From Octopus sinensis (taxonomy: Eukaryota), in contig NC_043003.1 in assembly GCF_006345805.1 (NCBI RefSeq), forward strand, positions 73,842,001 through 73,906,000: a stretch of 64,000 bases of DNA, written 5' to 3'. The notes beneath the pieces were generated by a model. That model saw nothing but the letters and a program-made list of their open reading frames with translations, was not told the origin of the DNA and ran no database searches. This document shows, in pieces, positions 1 through 13,786 of the stretch (positions are counted from its first letter, which is position 1; every line of letters starts with the position of its first letter). A program made the position numbers and the translations under genes.

Positions 1-1019
1 CAGACGTATATTTGAATAAGTGTTTCCCTTTATAATCTTTATGAAAGTTAAGGTTTCAGACAGAATAACTTGAAGTATATGTTCTGATTCTTGAGCTGCA
101 ACTCAAAAGAAGTCAACTTTATATTTTATACTTGTTAGGTGATAAAATAAGGTAGCGCTTGAAATTGGGATTAATAAAATTAACGGTTACTATGATTGAA
201 ATTTGAAACCATTTTATATAAGATATTGTGTTTATAATTTAGGAATGTAATTCTCAGAAGTAGAGTGATTAAGAAGTATTCCAGCATTTCCAGTTTCAAA
301 GCTTGCGTAACAATAAGCTTTGTTTTCTCAACTGTCGATTTTTGCTTAGAAAAGTGTACAAAAAAGTGTACAATAATATTACAGTATCAACACCGTAAAT
401 ATGAATCATTAAGAAAAAGTTGAATTCGTCGCGAATTGAAATTAAGATAGAAAACCTGAACAAAATACTTTAAGGTTTTAGGCAAAAAAACATTTAATCC
501 AAGCACTAAATTTTCGGCCAATTCTGTTCCTCCCAGTCGTTATATTCTCAATATAACATTATGAAGTGATATGTATCGTATGTACATGCGTATCACCATA
601 TCTGTGTGACAAACTAAATTGCATTCAAAAACTGTTTTCTGCCTGGTCAATGATATCGAGGAGTATATATAGATATCTCAAAGGCTAAGCGTTATAGTAA
701 ACAAATTACCATTTTGTTTGAAGTATAGAATCTCACTGTATTGTTTATCAGATATATCCTTTATATTAGTTCATGCTTAGAGATTGTTCGGATTTAATAT
801 TATGAGTTTGGATCTCTGTTTTTCTTTTCTATGAACATCACGATATATTAGTGAAGAGTCAACAACGATGGAAAGCATAAATATTAATGCTGTTATTGAG
901 AAAAAAGCTGATATCGAGGACTGGAAGCCATCGGAATTTTGAAACAGAGCTTCCTGTATCATGATGATTCGCGCCGGGTGTCAATATGATGTAGGACGTA
1001 ATATGGCCGTTTGAAACGG

Positions 1020-1185
1020 AGATACGAAACAATGATCAGCAGGAAGGGACACTGTGGGCATACCAAGATTCGTTCCCATAGTTTTGAAAATGATCTAAGG
1101 CTCAATACAGATGGATGGCTAGGCTATGTGAAGCTACCGGAGACTATAATCAGACCCTGACTGGAGAAGATTGACGCTCGAAAGC
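1020..1185 (+). mobile_element. Possible highly decayed RTE-type LINE 3' RT remnant
   Basis: Broken frames give CGHTKIRSHSFENDL, RWMARLCEATG and DPDWRRL, loosely like the RTE C-terminal pattern GH..R...LE.../RW.D.I.EATG/DR..WR. Stops and frameshifts present. Confidence 0.2.
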
Positions 1186-2329
1186 AATATGCATGGTAGC
1201 TGTATTGGGACACTTGCCAAAGTATGCAAAGTGGTACATGAGGGTGGCTTATTTGAGTAAAAAATCTACCAGCCATAATCTAGTTGATATGTTAAGATTT
1301 GTTTTGAATACTTTCATCTCTGGATGAGATATTTTACTTTATTTTCCTTTTATGAAAACCGTCCAATTTAGCCCAGCAGCCTGTACATACGACATTGAAT
1401 TTCAAGAAAAATACAGCCGTTGCTTGGAATATACCTTACACTAAATTAAGTATTAAAATCATAGCTTTATTGCTTTGATGTAAAAAGTAATACAATTTGA
1501 TTCTAATATATTCTAAGAGAGGAGGAAAATATATCTTTTAATTCGAATAAACTTTTTATGTGGTATTGTCATCAGAATGCCCAGTGGCCTTTCAGTTTGT
1601 AGACAGCTATTAACATCGGATTATTCTTGTATTTGAAGCAATGAAAAGAATTTCAGGATAAGTCTTTATAATATCATATCTGAGATCCTGGATAAAATTC
1701 CTCTTGTCCTGGCTGGTACCTAGTTGGCTTAAGGCCACTGTAATCAATCACTTCGTAAATTAGCAAATAACTAAGCAGTTAGATGCTATGAATGAGGAGT
1801 GTGGAACAGAGTACCGCTAAAATAAAACGATCCAATGAGCAATTGCTGCCATTCCAATACTTATCTCAGTTCACTCACATTTTCTGGCAAAATCGGTATA
1901 CAGCTTACGGATACACTTTTAAATCTAGTAAATACCAATCATGATTATATATGTAGGTACACACACATTTACACATACATATAGAAATACAGGTATACAA
2001 ACACTGAAACTCACGAACATACTTATATTATCACATGTATGAATGTGTACACATATATGTGTGTGTGTCTATGTGTTTGTATATGTGTGTGTATTTCTGT
2101 GTGTGTACGTGTGTTTGTGTATACATAAATACACGCACATATGAATATGAGTGGATGCAGAAAAGAGTCTGCCTTTGAGTAAAAGAAAATACTGGAGGAT
2201 CAATTAAATATGGTTTTATTCAACATACACACCTCTCAGTGGTGTATTTTTAAAGAGATGTGAAAGAACTCGGAAGGCAGTGATATATATAAACACACGT
2301 CTGCATTATTGCATATATACTGTAATTCA

Positions 2330-3050
2330 AGCGTTACTATTTGGATCAGGCATGCATTGAAGAACACCCAAAGGGTAGTTGTAGTAGTGCAAAGGAAAAG
2401 AGCAAAGAGATTTAGGAGCCATAGAATACGAGTCGAGGTCTGGAGTTATGGAGCTTGTTAGTCCAAGGTAATTAGCTGTCGAAAAGCAAAGTAGGAGTGG
2501 AAAAGTGTTGAAATGGACTGCAGTGTTTAGTGTTGAAGTATATAGGATATTTGAGTAAGGGAAAGAATAGAAGGGGAAATGTAAAAGGAAGGAAGTAAAG
2601 AAACAAGAGAGAGCGGGAATGAACATCGTGACTGGAGAAAAAAGGGGAACAATAAGACAGAAATATCAAATGGCAATAAAGAAGGGTCGAGAATTAAAGC
2701 GCATCTCAATTCAAAGATCTTTCAATTAAAAAGACTGAATAGGAGTAAAGAATTTTGGATTGGTTTGCATTGGAGGTGTCAGAGCATACAAGAATTTAGG
2801 GAGAGAGAAGGCGAAAGAGAGAAATATAGAGCCAGAGGAGCGATTCTGCAAGTGAGATGGTGAAGAGGAAAGAGAGACAGAGGGAGGGAGAGTGATAAAT
2901 GTATGCAGAGAAGGAATATAGTAAGTAGCATGCAGGACTAAAAATATTAAATGACAGTGCCAACGTGAAAAACACAGAGGAAGAGACAGGCGTAATGATC
3001 AAAGAGAAAACGAATAGTCACTGCCTGAAGGAAGGATATCGATAGATGGG
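2330..3050 (-). mobile_element. Decayed Penelope-like element, N-terminal ORF region
   Basis: Purine-rich plus strand. Minus frames give SRWHCHLIFL...YIP and FNTFPLLL...YLGLTSSITP...PLHYY, loosely like the PLE N-terminal motifs H..FL..C...IP and L..LSKGL.F.P. Confidence 0.3.
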
Positions 3051-3200
3051 GTAATATGATAGGACGCTGCGTGCGGTATGAGTCCAGTAATGACAAATGG
3101 GAATGGACAATGGAAACGATTAACGGATAAAGACAAGAAAAATAAACACAGAAATCCTCTCATCTGGTATGTAGACCAGACAAAGAGTGTTTACAGATTG

Positions 3201-3366
<166 letters not shown>

Positions 3367-5820
3367 AATGGAGACAAACGCACAAGGTGTTCTTTATATC
3401 ATTTATGTCTCCGACATAAAGGGGTTGGACAAAATAATGGAAACACATTAAAATAATAGAAATGCATCAAAAAGACTTTCCACTCCTTGCAGTGATGATG
3501 CTAGAAGATATCGACTCCTTACTTGTTTTTCTAAAGAGCACCCTAATGTTCAGTAATATTGAGATCCTGGGACTGTGGTGGCCAGATAAAATGTTCAACT
3601 TCACTAGAACGTTCCTCGTGCACATATATTTCACTAATATGAACAAATCATATGTGTAGGTTCTTCAGCAAAAGCCGGACAGTCACACGTCGTCTTCGAT
3701 GAGAGAGTCTGTCATATATGTATATATACATATATGTATGTATGTGTATGGAGAGAAATTAGTGAAATGATTATAAATATTCAGCTATGCCTCTAAGAAG
3801 TATAAGCTCAGAATAATATGCTGCATACTAAATTGAAATGAGCGGGATAAATATATGCAATATATTGAGTTAAAGAATAACTCTGCACTATCATTATCCA
3901 GTCAATTCGTAGGAAAATCTGCCTGTATAAATCTCTAGAATCTAAATACAGAAAGCAAAAGAGATTATTGCATTTACATAGTTCAGTTGATCAACAAGAT
4001 AAGACAATGTAGAGAATACTTTATCGAAAAGGTCTACTAACACGTATTCGACTTTGCATTCCATAAAGTTTATTTTAGTGTACTGAAATATGCATTAACT
4101 ATATTGTCCCAGAACATTTGAGCAACTGACTTTATTGTTCATTTCTCAGTTTCGTTTTTTTTTTTACATTTGAGACATCAGTACAATGACTAATGTTAAA
4201 TAATTACTTGCATAAGCTCATTGAATGTAAGTTTAGCAACTCACAATATTACAAATGTGTGACATTATTCTATTTGAGTTTTGTTTGTATTAGAAGAAAC
4301 TTGTCCCACAAAAACCTCACACTAAGTACATGTACATATGATATTGCGGGCTTCAGCTAGAAATCAGAAAATTACATCACTACAGTTACACATATTTTTC
4401 ATATTTGTTTCCAAGATAATCTTCTCAATATATGCCATTATACACTAGATATTAAATATTGCTAGAGATAGAAGTATAACTGAATATATCAGACTATTTG
4501 TGATTTGAGTTACTCTGCACATCTCCTATTTTCAAATGTAATCAAGGCAGTTGGATATATTGGATCTGCCATCTCAGTTTTCCAAATCGAATTGAAAAAT
4601 TTCATGTTACATTAATATTACCTACATGCTGTACAATCCATTTCTACATGTTAGATTCGAAACAAAACAACGAAAATTCAGCTAACAAAATTATAATTCT
4701 CTCCCAGCCTATTAATGGACTTCATTCCAGCTTTTTGAATTTGTTGGAAACAAACTTGACCCGTACTTCATTCATAATCTGCTTGGAAACCGTAAGAAAA
4801 AATTCAGACTAATGTGAAATCAGTCTCTTCTCTCATCACAAAACAAGTGAATAAATACAAGCCACATGATACTAGCTAATAATAAATATACAAATAAGAG
4901 GTATAGGAAAATAAAAATACGCAGTGAATTAAACAAATTACTGGAATTCATTAACCTTATTGTTTATCAAAAGCTATTAAATAAATTTCATGGAAACTTG
5001 ACATCTTTTTTATTTTATGTATTCTTCGTTAGTTTTTGTTTCTATTTTTCCCGACATCCGCGAGGAAGAGATATTTTGATAACCAGGAAACGCTAAAATG
5101 TTCTGCAAAATCAATAGGCTAAAAGAAAGTGCAAAAATTAAAAGAATGTGCCAAAGATAATTTTCTGATATTTGTTTTTACACTTGTTTGTACTCACTGA
5201 CATTTTTTCCCTGTATTTCCTTTTCATTTTACCACCGTTTATTTCTTGGTAAATTATCTCCGTGTCACGAAAAGTTAAAATAAATTATTAGCATTCCTCC
5301 AAATTTGTTGTTTTAATTAGAAAATTAAAACAACATTTGTCAGTTAAATAATTTTAAGTGATGATGGTAGTGGAGCTGTTTCATGTACAACTATACAATA
5401 ATACTAAATAGTAAGGCTACTCCTCACTTGCTACATCAAAATGTTCAGCAAATAGAGCAATATTTTTGTTTGTTTGTATATATTCGTTTCGGAAGCTCTG
5501 AATGGAGTAATAATTCATTCGATCGGTTATTGATTGCTGTATTTCAACTGTAACTCAAGATGTCATATATTTGTGGAGACCTAAGCAAACGAGCATCTTT
5601 AGCAAATCTCGAATTCTTGTACTTCTACTGTTCTAGTCAAAATTTATATCAAGGAGCATTCTCTATATAACTGTTATTGAAAAGCGAGATATTTATATGA
5701 GTTTTGCTTTCAAAACAGCTAAAAATGTATCTTCCTTATATATCACTTGTATAATTCTTCATCATTTCGGTTTATGATTTTTTATTTTGCCGCTTGCAGT
5801 TATATTGAACATTTTACTTC

Positions 5821-6212
5821 ATTATTTTATTTGTTTCAGTCATTTACCTGCGGCCATTCTGGAGCATCGCCTTTAGTCGAGCAAATCGATCACAGCATTT
5901 ATTCTTTTTAAGCCTATTACTTATTGTATAGGTTTCTTTTGCTGAACCTCTAAGTTAAGTTGCCGTAATCACACCTACATTGGTTGTCAATCGATGGTGA
6001 ATGGGAAAAATACAGACACATAAAATAAACATATACATATACACATATACGAAGGGCTTCTTTCAGTTTCTGTCTGCCAAATCCACTCACAAGTCTTTGG
6101 TCGGCCCCAGCCTATAAGTAGAAGACACATGCTCAAGGTGTCACTGACTAGGACTGAACCCGAAACCATGTGGTTAGGAAACAAGCTTCTTACCACACAT
6201 CCACACCTGCGC
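5821..6212 (-). mobile_element. tRNA-derived SINE, type S1 (CORE-like; octopus OR-like)
   Basis: Minus strand starts GCGCAGGTGTGGATGTGTGGTAAGAAG with B-box-like GGTTCAGTCC and a CCTTGAGCATGTGTCTTC CORE-like segment. Shares its body with 15884-16046 and 59595-59975. Confidence 0.85.
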
Positions 6213-6689
6213 TTATGTTCATGTTTCCGTAGGATATATATTTCTATATAAAACATGAGTAATCACTATGCACATTTATGTAACATATATTATCTTCATT
6301 TCCGATTTATAAGCACAGCACTCGTACAACAGAAAATAGTTTTCCTAAACTCAATTTTTATGACGTTATGTGCCATTTACGTTCATGTTATATTTCAAAG
6401 GTATCATTCTGAGTATGCATTGTTCTGAATATTACGATAATATGGATTTCTTTTGCACGTTGTATTGATGTGATGCCTCATCTATACGAAAGATACTATA
6501 ACTATTTCTCTTATATCTCTAGATCTAAAATCTTTACACTACTAGTGCATCCTTATCTAAGATGCATGTAGGTAAATTGTTCTTTTAGCTACATCTGACT
6601 TCCATGTCAGTATGTAAATTCGTGTAAATGGTTGAGATATTAGAGAAACTGGAAGCGTAATAGCATTATAAAATGAAACAATTTTCGAA

Positions 6690-6890
6690 ATATTTTCTTT
6701 TTTGCTTAAGGGCTCCATAAAATAGGCCTTCCCGTATCGATGTAATTTTCTATTTCTCGATTGATATAAGTGAAGCTGCAATAAATACAGATCTTCAGGG
6801 AAATCATACAGTGCCACTTTTAACAGGGAGGAGAATGTTAAGAAGATTCATTGGCCTATTCATACATTCAGATGAAGGAAGAATTAAACA
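6690..6890 (+). mobile_element. Possible L1/Tx1-type LINE endonuclease remnant
   Basis: Frame reads RPSRIDVIFYFSIDISEAAINTDLQGNHTVPL, resembling the APE motif SRID.IF...SDH..V.L. Short and isolated. Confidence 0.25.
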
Positions 6891-7259
6891 GGAATGATGT
6901 CCACAAACCAAACAATTGGCAAAATGTTTGGTACTATACGTTGGTAGTATAAAACAGTCATTTGAATCAAATCCATTACGTACTAATTGGAAGTAACATG
7001 TTTAAATACTGAAATGAGAAAAACAGGGAGTATAATTTGGTAAGTCTGATAAGATAATGGAATAAATTCTAGCGAAGGAAATTTTCAACGCGTTCCACAA
7101 TAAAGTTTATAAAAAAATCAACGACATAAAGATAACTTTCACAAACGGATATCTAATTAAGCAAATACATATAGCATTATACGTAATACTTGTATTCATG
7201 CATTTCTGCATTTATGAACGTCATACGTGCTTATATGTTTGGCATATATATGTGAATAT

Positions 7260-7326
7260 AAATATATGTGTGTCTATGTGTGTGTGCGTGTGTGTGTGCG
7301 CGACTGCGTGTGTGTGTCAGCGCGTG

Positions 7327-7382
<56 letters not shown>

Positions 7383-7400
7383 CATATGTATATATGTGTG

Positions 7401-7436
<36 letters not shown>

Positions 7437-7580
7437 CATACACACACATATATATATATATATATTATATATATATATATATACATACATACATACACAC
7501 ACATATATATATATATATATACACTCACAGATACACACACAACCACGCACACACATACGTACACATACATACATATATTT
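7260..7580. repeat. Compound (TG)n/(TA)n/(CA)n microsatellite
   Basis: Directly visible. Confidence 0.95.
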
Positions 7581-7864
7581 CTATTTTGCTGTCCGTGCTG
7601 AGGCACATATCTCTCTTGATCAAACAGGCATGTGATAAAATGCTTTCGAGTCATTACCAACCTGTATATATCTGATATATACCATCCCTTCGATCTCTTC
7701 GCATACATTAGCGAATATAATTTCAGTTTCTGAATAAAGTAGGTGTTATGAAGATTTCTACTTGCTTTGTTAGTTATACGAAGTGGATTGGCTGTGTTTA
7801 CAGTCATAAAATCACACTGGTATTTTATACAAATGCGGACACGCCAGACAGCTGAAGTCATGTT

Positions 7865-8087
7865 TGTGCGAGTACGTGTGTGAGTGTATGTGTGTGTGTG
7901 TGTCTTTGTGTGCGTGCGTACGTATGTGTGCGTGCGTTTTCTGTATTTGTGTGTAAGTGCTCACAGAAGCATACAGATGCAGCGCCATCTGTATATATAC
8001 ACATCTTTATATACGTATATACATACAAAGTATCACAAACACGCGCACACACACACTCACGTTTATATTAAATGTATGTATACGATA

Positions 8088-8175
<88 letters not shown>

Positions 8176-8297
8176 TGTGTGAAAGAGAGAGATAAATAGA
8201 TAGAGCTATGTATATTCATATATATGTATGTACGTGTGTGTATGCATACACACATTTATACATATATGTACATACATACGTACATACATACATATTT

Positions 8298-8342
<45 letters not shown>

Positions 8343-8387
8343 TACATACATACATACACACATACATACACACACACACACACACAC

Positions 8388-8432
<45 letters not shown>

Positions 8433-8450
8433 CGCATATGTATGTGTGCT
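7865..8450. repeat. Compound (TG)/(TA)/(GA)/(CA)/(TACA) microsatellite region
   Basis: Directly visible. Confidence 0.93.
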
Positions 8451-10912
8451 ATGCATTTATATTAGTATACTCTGCAATCTCGACCAAGTGCGACAAACAA
8501 ATTTCAAAAGGAATGCCCATCTTGTTCATCACAGTAGCTGATCACAAAGCTAACCTCGAATATTGGAGTGAATAAACCAAGATAAATACATTAGACATAG
8601 AGCAAATTTATTTAACATCACAGGCAGAGCAACCAGACCATAGCAGTGGTATAAAACAAACAACGACGTAATATGGAATCATTTACTAACATGTAATGGC
8701 ATTCCATACGTCCTTATGTTTTGTATATAATACACCATTGCCTCTTCAAAAAATGGTGTGAAAGAAGTAAGTCATGGATGTTAAATAATTTCTACTTTTA
8801 TATTTAGTACTGAAATGAATTATATATTAAAGTGGTTACCTTCTGAATTGAACTCCCGTTCGCCCCAACTTTAATGTTAATACTTCTAAAGTGGGAAAAA
8901 AAGGCAGATTTAGGCAATATTAGGTATTGAGTCGTTCGCACTCTCTCGTCTCTTCCTCTATATATATGCGTTCGAATACTTTCGAAAAGAATATGAATGT
9001 TTTTTTTTTCTCACGATAATGTTTCATATGTAGTTGTGAAAGCTGTAGTGAAGATACATTTTATCTTGCCGCACTGGAGAAGAATAAGTAACTCATCTGA
9101 ACACTTGAATATAAATTTGTTTTCCAAAATTCTATAGTATTCTTCACGAATGGATAATAACAGTTATACTGTTATAACTTTCTACTATGTACAATATGTA
9201 TGACGCTATGGTATTTTAGCGTACATAGAATAAACGAACTCGCCACTTTTCAATTAGTTTACCTTAGACTATATACCTTAATGATTTAACTGCGGCCTAA
9301 CTGGCAGATAAATTACAAGTCAATCGTATAATTATCATTTATATCATAATTTTTTATATATCGCTGTTTAATCGTAGTAGGAAAAAGTAAGTTTTATTTC
9401 TTCTAATTCAAAATGTTGTTAGCCCTTCACAGTAATGGGTGAAATATTTCTTCTCTTTTCGTCCCTCTAATATTCTAGAATGCAGTTTCTGTTTCTCAAT
9501 ATTTCTCTTGTTTCTAATCGACTGAGTCAATTGTTCTCTTTTAGTTTCCAATTATGTAGGTGTCATATATGTCTCTGATGACAGTCATTATTTTATATTA
9601 TAAATGGATGAGAATTCCAGAAGCAGATTTATTTTAATGTATTTTGCACAGACGTTCAGCATGACAATATGTACAACATCATATACCCTTCAAAATGTAG
9701 TCGCAGCCTGTCTGGCCGTCTTCTTCAATTTTATAGTTAACTTAGTTTCTTTCAGAAGGATTAGCTCCAAATATATTTTAGAAAACGCCCAAAGATCCAG
9801 TGCAAGTTTATTGAACCATTTATTATTATAGAATTTCTGCAAGCCAAGTCAACTTTAGCCGTTACTCTACTTTCTACTGATAGACTGTTACATGTTATAT
9901 AAATGTAACACTGCATCATACCACAAATACTTGCTTCTTAACACAACAAATTACGGGAAAAGAACTCTAATGGAACAGACGAAAGGTATGTTCAAATACA
10001 AGATAATTTATATTGATATGTTAACAAGGCATTCGACATTCATTTCGAACAACTAAGTAATATATGCATTCATATACGCGCACTTGCGCGAACGCACTCA
10101 CATACGCGCACATATATGAGCTCCCACCCTTACGATCATCATATCGTTAAAGCTGACAGCTATTTGAAACCAAATTGTAACGTTATAAACAGTTTGGCTT
10201 CATAGACTTGGAGTTTCATAGGAAGTCGTACATGGCTGCCGGAAACTAGGCTGCTATTAGTCAAAGCGAGTTCTCGCACACGGCTGATACGTACCCCAAC
10301 TCATACAGACACACAACATATCAAACACGCACAAACGTGCTGGTGCCATCTACTCTCATCTACTTGCCAGGTCACACATACGCGCACCTCCCACTTAGCT
10401 GATACATACATACAGAGTGACATCAGACAACTACACCCACACACTCATACATCTGATATACAGATAAATACACACGCTCACTGGCCATACATTGGGGAAA
10501 AATCCCCAATGTATGTAAAATAAATGCGAAAGCTAATTTCTGTCAGTGTCTCTCACTCTTCTATGACGCTCCTAATATTTCTCATGATGAAGTGAGAATA
10601 ATAGTAGGCATAGAGACGGGGGGGGGGGATAAAACAAACAGAGAGAGAAAAAGTGAGTGAGAGAAAGTGGGAGATGATGTACAACTTTGTTGAACCATTT
10701 CTCTGTGACAGAAATTCCTCTCACCAACATACTGAACGATATCGATTTTATTATTTTTTTTTTTGCTTTCTTTTATACATATATGTATATACCTACATAC
10801 ACACACTGACACACAGACACATGTAAAATATACATTAATTGATATAAAATTTCCCCAAAATTAAACATATTTAATAGAATAAATGTTAACGTGTCACTTT
10901 TATAGCTTTAAT

Positions 10913-11144
10913 AATTCCTTTCTACTGGAGAGGTCTCAAATTTGATTACAATGCCTCACATTTTGGGGTAAGGATTAAGTTGATTGCATCGACCCCAGTA
11001 CGTAACTGTAACACATTTTAACGACCCTTAAAGAATGAAAGGTAAAGTCGACCTCGGCGGAATGCGAACTCAAAACCAAACAGCAGACGAAATACCTCTA
11101 GCATTTCACCCGGCGTGCTAACGATTCTGACAGTTAGCTACCTT
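10913..11144 (-). mobile_element. tRNA-derived SINE, type S2
   Basis: Minus strand reads AGGTAGCTAACTGTCAGAATCGTTAGCACGCCGGG...GAGTTCGCATTCCGCCGAGGTCGAC...ACTGGGGTCGATG; same family as 22966-23205. Confidence 0.85.
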
Positions 11145-11145
11145 C

Positions 11146-11565
11146 GTATAATATAATAATATAATATAATAAGTGTGAACGTCTGTGTGTCAGTGTTTCA
11201 CAATTTTTCAACTTTACTCGTAGAGGCCGTAGCCCAACATATCATACCATTTTGGAATCAGTCTGACTCCGTGAGTAAATTAAAAACTTTCCGGTCCGAA
11301 TCCGGACCAACAATAAGTCAATTTTGTGATAAAGTTTTTGTATGCTAACAATTTTCTAATCTAAAAGTTAAATCTGTGAGTAAATTAAAAACATTCCGTG
11401 CTGAATCCGGGCCTGCAATCCTGAAATTATAGATTCCTATGTTTTCATTACTGTAATTGCAACAAATTCTCCAACAAAAGAAAGTGACCTGTTTGCAGAT
11501 CTTCCTATTCAGGGTCAGTTGCTTAAAAGCTATATACTAGCCTAATAGCCGCCCTATCGGTTAGT
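11146..11565 (+). mobile_element. Non-autonomous Helitron-like element (tentative)
   Basis: 5' TATAAT-rich start then AAGTGTGAACGTCTGTGTGTC; an internal ~45-bp direct repeat (GTGAGTAAATTAAAAAC...GAATCCGG at ~11271 and ~11375); 3' small hairpin AGCCG-CCCTAT-CGGTT ending in TTAGT (CTAGT-like). Confidence 0.3.
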
Positions 11566-11699
11566 TAAAGAAATACATTAGTTCTGTACGAAGACCAGCG
11601 AAAATGAAATATTTCATGTCACATACTCTTAGAAATTTGAGGTGCCTTTCTCGTATTGTATAATGGATATCTGTCCATTCGATGCCCTGCCAGAGCATA

Positions 11700-11767
<68 letters not shown>

Positions 11768-11786
11768 TGCATGCGTGTGCGTGTGT

Positions 11787-12061
11787 GGAGGCGCAATGGC
11801 CCAGTGATTAGGGCAGCGTACTCGCGATCGTAGGATCGGGCGTTGTGAGGTGTTTATTGAGCGAAAACACCTAAAACTCCACGAGTTTCCGGCAGGGGAA
11901 GGTGGCGATCCCTACTGTACTCCTTCGCCACAACTTTCTCTCACTCCTTCTTCTGTTGGCCTGCTCGCTTAGCCAGCGGGGTGGCGTCATTTGAAGGCTA
12001 AAACAATGCGAAGTGCATTGTGACCAGCGATGTGTAGCAACATCTGATAGCCTGGCCGGTC

Positions 12062-12063
<2 letters not shown>
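11787..12063 (+). mobile_element. tRNA-derived SINE, type S3
   Basis: A-box head GGCGCAATGGCCCAGTGATTAGGGCAGCG with the B-box segment deleted; body matches 31567-31833. Confidence 0.85.
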
Positions 12064-12109
<46 letters not shown>

Positions 12110-12114
<5 letters not shown>

Positions 12115-13341
12115 GTCAAAATAATGCAAAAACCTAGCATCATAGCATCATAAAGCTTGTTTATTTTCATGATTTTTTTATTTACTATTAGTGTTGCTTC
12201 GTATATTTTGCTAAAGTTGCTGCTTCCTTTCAGATATCATCAGAAAAAGGTAATTAAAATTCATTAATTTGACAGATTTATCAGACTCTCAAAGATGTCA
12301 AATTGTTGGTGCTCGTATGGCAGTCGCTAGCGTAACGGGAACAGCCGAGATGTTTGATGTATCAACAAGTACTTTCTCGAATGTAATGACAGCCTTTGAG
12401 AAAGACGGAAAAATCTCCTCGTCGAAACAAATCTCCAGAAGAAAGCCGAATCTTTCAGATAGGGACCGTCAGACCCTTACGCGAATTGTTAGAAAGGATC
12501 ACAAAAGTACAGGTCCCGAATTTACTGCAGAGGTTAATGACTACCTCGATAACCCAGTTTTCACAAAAAACTTTCCACCGTAAGCTGCACAATGTCGGAT
12601 TTCATGGGAGGGCTGCAATCAGAAAAGCACTACTTTCAAAAACAAAGGATGCAAAGCGTTTAGAGTAGAGTAAACGCCTACAGAATTAGTCCGTAGAGCA
12701 GTGGAAGAATGGTATTTTCTCGGACGAGTCATCCTTTACCTTATTTCCGACGAATAAAAACGTGAAGACAGCCAAACGAAGCATTTGACCTAGATTGCCT
12801 CCTTCCAACTGTTAAACATGGAGGAGGATCTGTGATGATCTGGAGGCTGTATTTTGGAAATCCGCCGACTCATTGATTTCCCTTCATGGCAGAATTAATA
12901 GTCAAGTCTATCTAAGCATTTTATCTGATCAAATTCATCCTATGTTTGAGGAACTGTTTCCGGAGAGAAATGCAACCTTTCAGGATGATAATGCACCAAT
13001 TCACTCAAGTTGTTACTGAATGGCACGAGCAACGTTCTGGTGAAGTCGAACATCTTATCCGGCCACCACAGTCCCTAGATCTCAATATTTTATTGAACAT
13101 TTATGGTGCATTTTAGAAAAACAAGTAAGGAGTTAATATCCTCCACCATCACCACTAAACGAAGCGAAGACTGTTTTAGTTGGAGAATGGACAAAAATTC
13201 CTTTGGAAACAATTCAAACTTTGTAGGAGTCCATATCTCGTAGAATTCAAGCTATAATTACTGCTAAAGGAAGCTCTACTCCATATTTAAGTAAATTTGT
13301 TTGAGTATTTACGGCGTTTCCATTATTTTGGCCAACCTCTG
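12110..13341 (+). mobile_element. Tc1-family DNA transposon (DD34E), near full length, inactivated
   Basis: Paired-like HTH MTDLSDSQRCQIVGARMA, then FSDES, TVKHGGGSVMIW, FQDDNAPIH and PPQSLDLN-IEHLW, broken by stops and frameshifts. TIR remnants TGGTCAAAATAATG / CATTATTTTGGCCAACCTCTG, flanked by (TA)n. Confidence 0.93.
12269..13290 (+). pseudogene. Tc1 transposase pseudogene
   Basis: ORF-track fragments 12269-12583 and 12396-12668 plus the downstream DDE motifs; multiple disablements. Confidence 0.9.
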
Positions 13342-13619
13342 TATATATATAATATATGTGTAGTGTTTGAGCTTGTCTTGTTTGCTTCTATTTGCATTGT
13401 GCCTGTGCTCACTTCCATGTACAGGCAAATTTGAGATATATCGATACCTCATTACAGTTTAATGCATGCGCTTTGTCCTTATGGATATAAGTAAAATCAC
13501 ACCTATTACGTTTTTAGTTGGCACTAATTCTCACATGACTGATTCCTCTACAACTATCACAACGAACACATAACATATTATTTCATATTTCTAAATCAGA
13601 CCAGCAATGTTAGTGACGG

Positions 13620-13786
13620 TGTAAATTGATTACGTCGAACCCAGTGATCTATTGGCACTTATTTTATTGATCCCTGAACGAACGAAATGTAAATTCGAGG
13701 GTATTTGAAACCAGAACTTAAAAGATGATGGCATCCCGCTAAAATTTTTGCCCGGCGTGCAGATGATTCTGCTAGCTCACCGCCTG
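13620..13786 (-). mobile_element. SINE S2, decayed
   Basis: Minus strand head AGGCGGTGAGCTAGCAGAATCATCTGCACGCCGGGC. Confidence 0.7.

Noticed and set aside
777-962. 61-aa minus ORF with a hydrophobic stretch then basic residues, possible terminal exon
   Set aside because: No start context or recognisable family; hydrophobic runs are expected from T-rich strands.
3600-3680. Minus-strand CTGAAGA...CACATAT/ATATGTG...GGAACGTT hammerhead-like remnant
   Set aside because: The GAAA core is altered and the helices are poor; cannot be distinguished from chance without a consensus.
10060-10460. Relatively CpG-rich unique segment, possible promoter or 5' exon
   Set aside because: No ORF, hairpin or motif that I can support.
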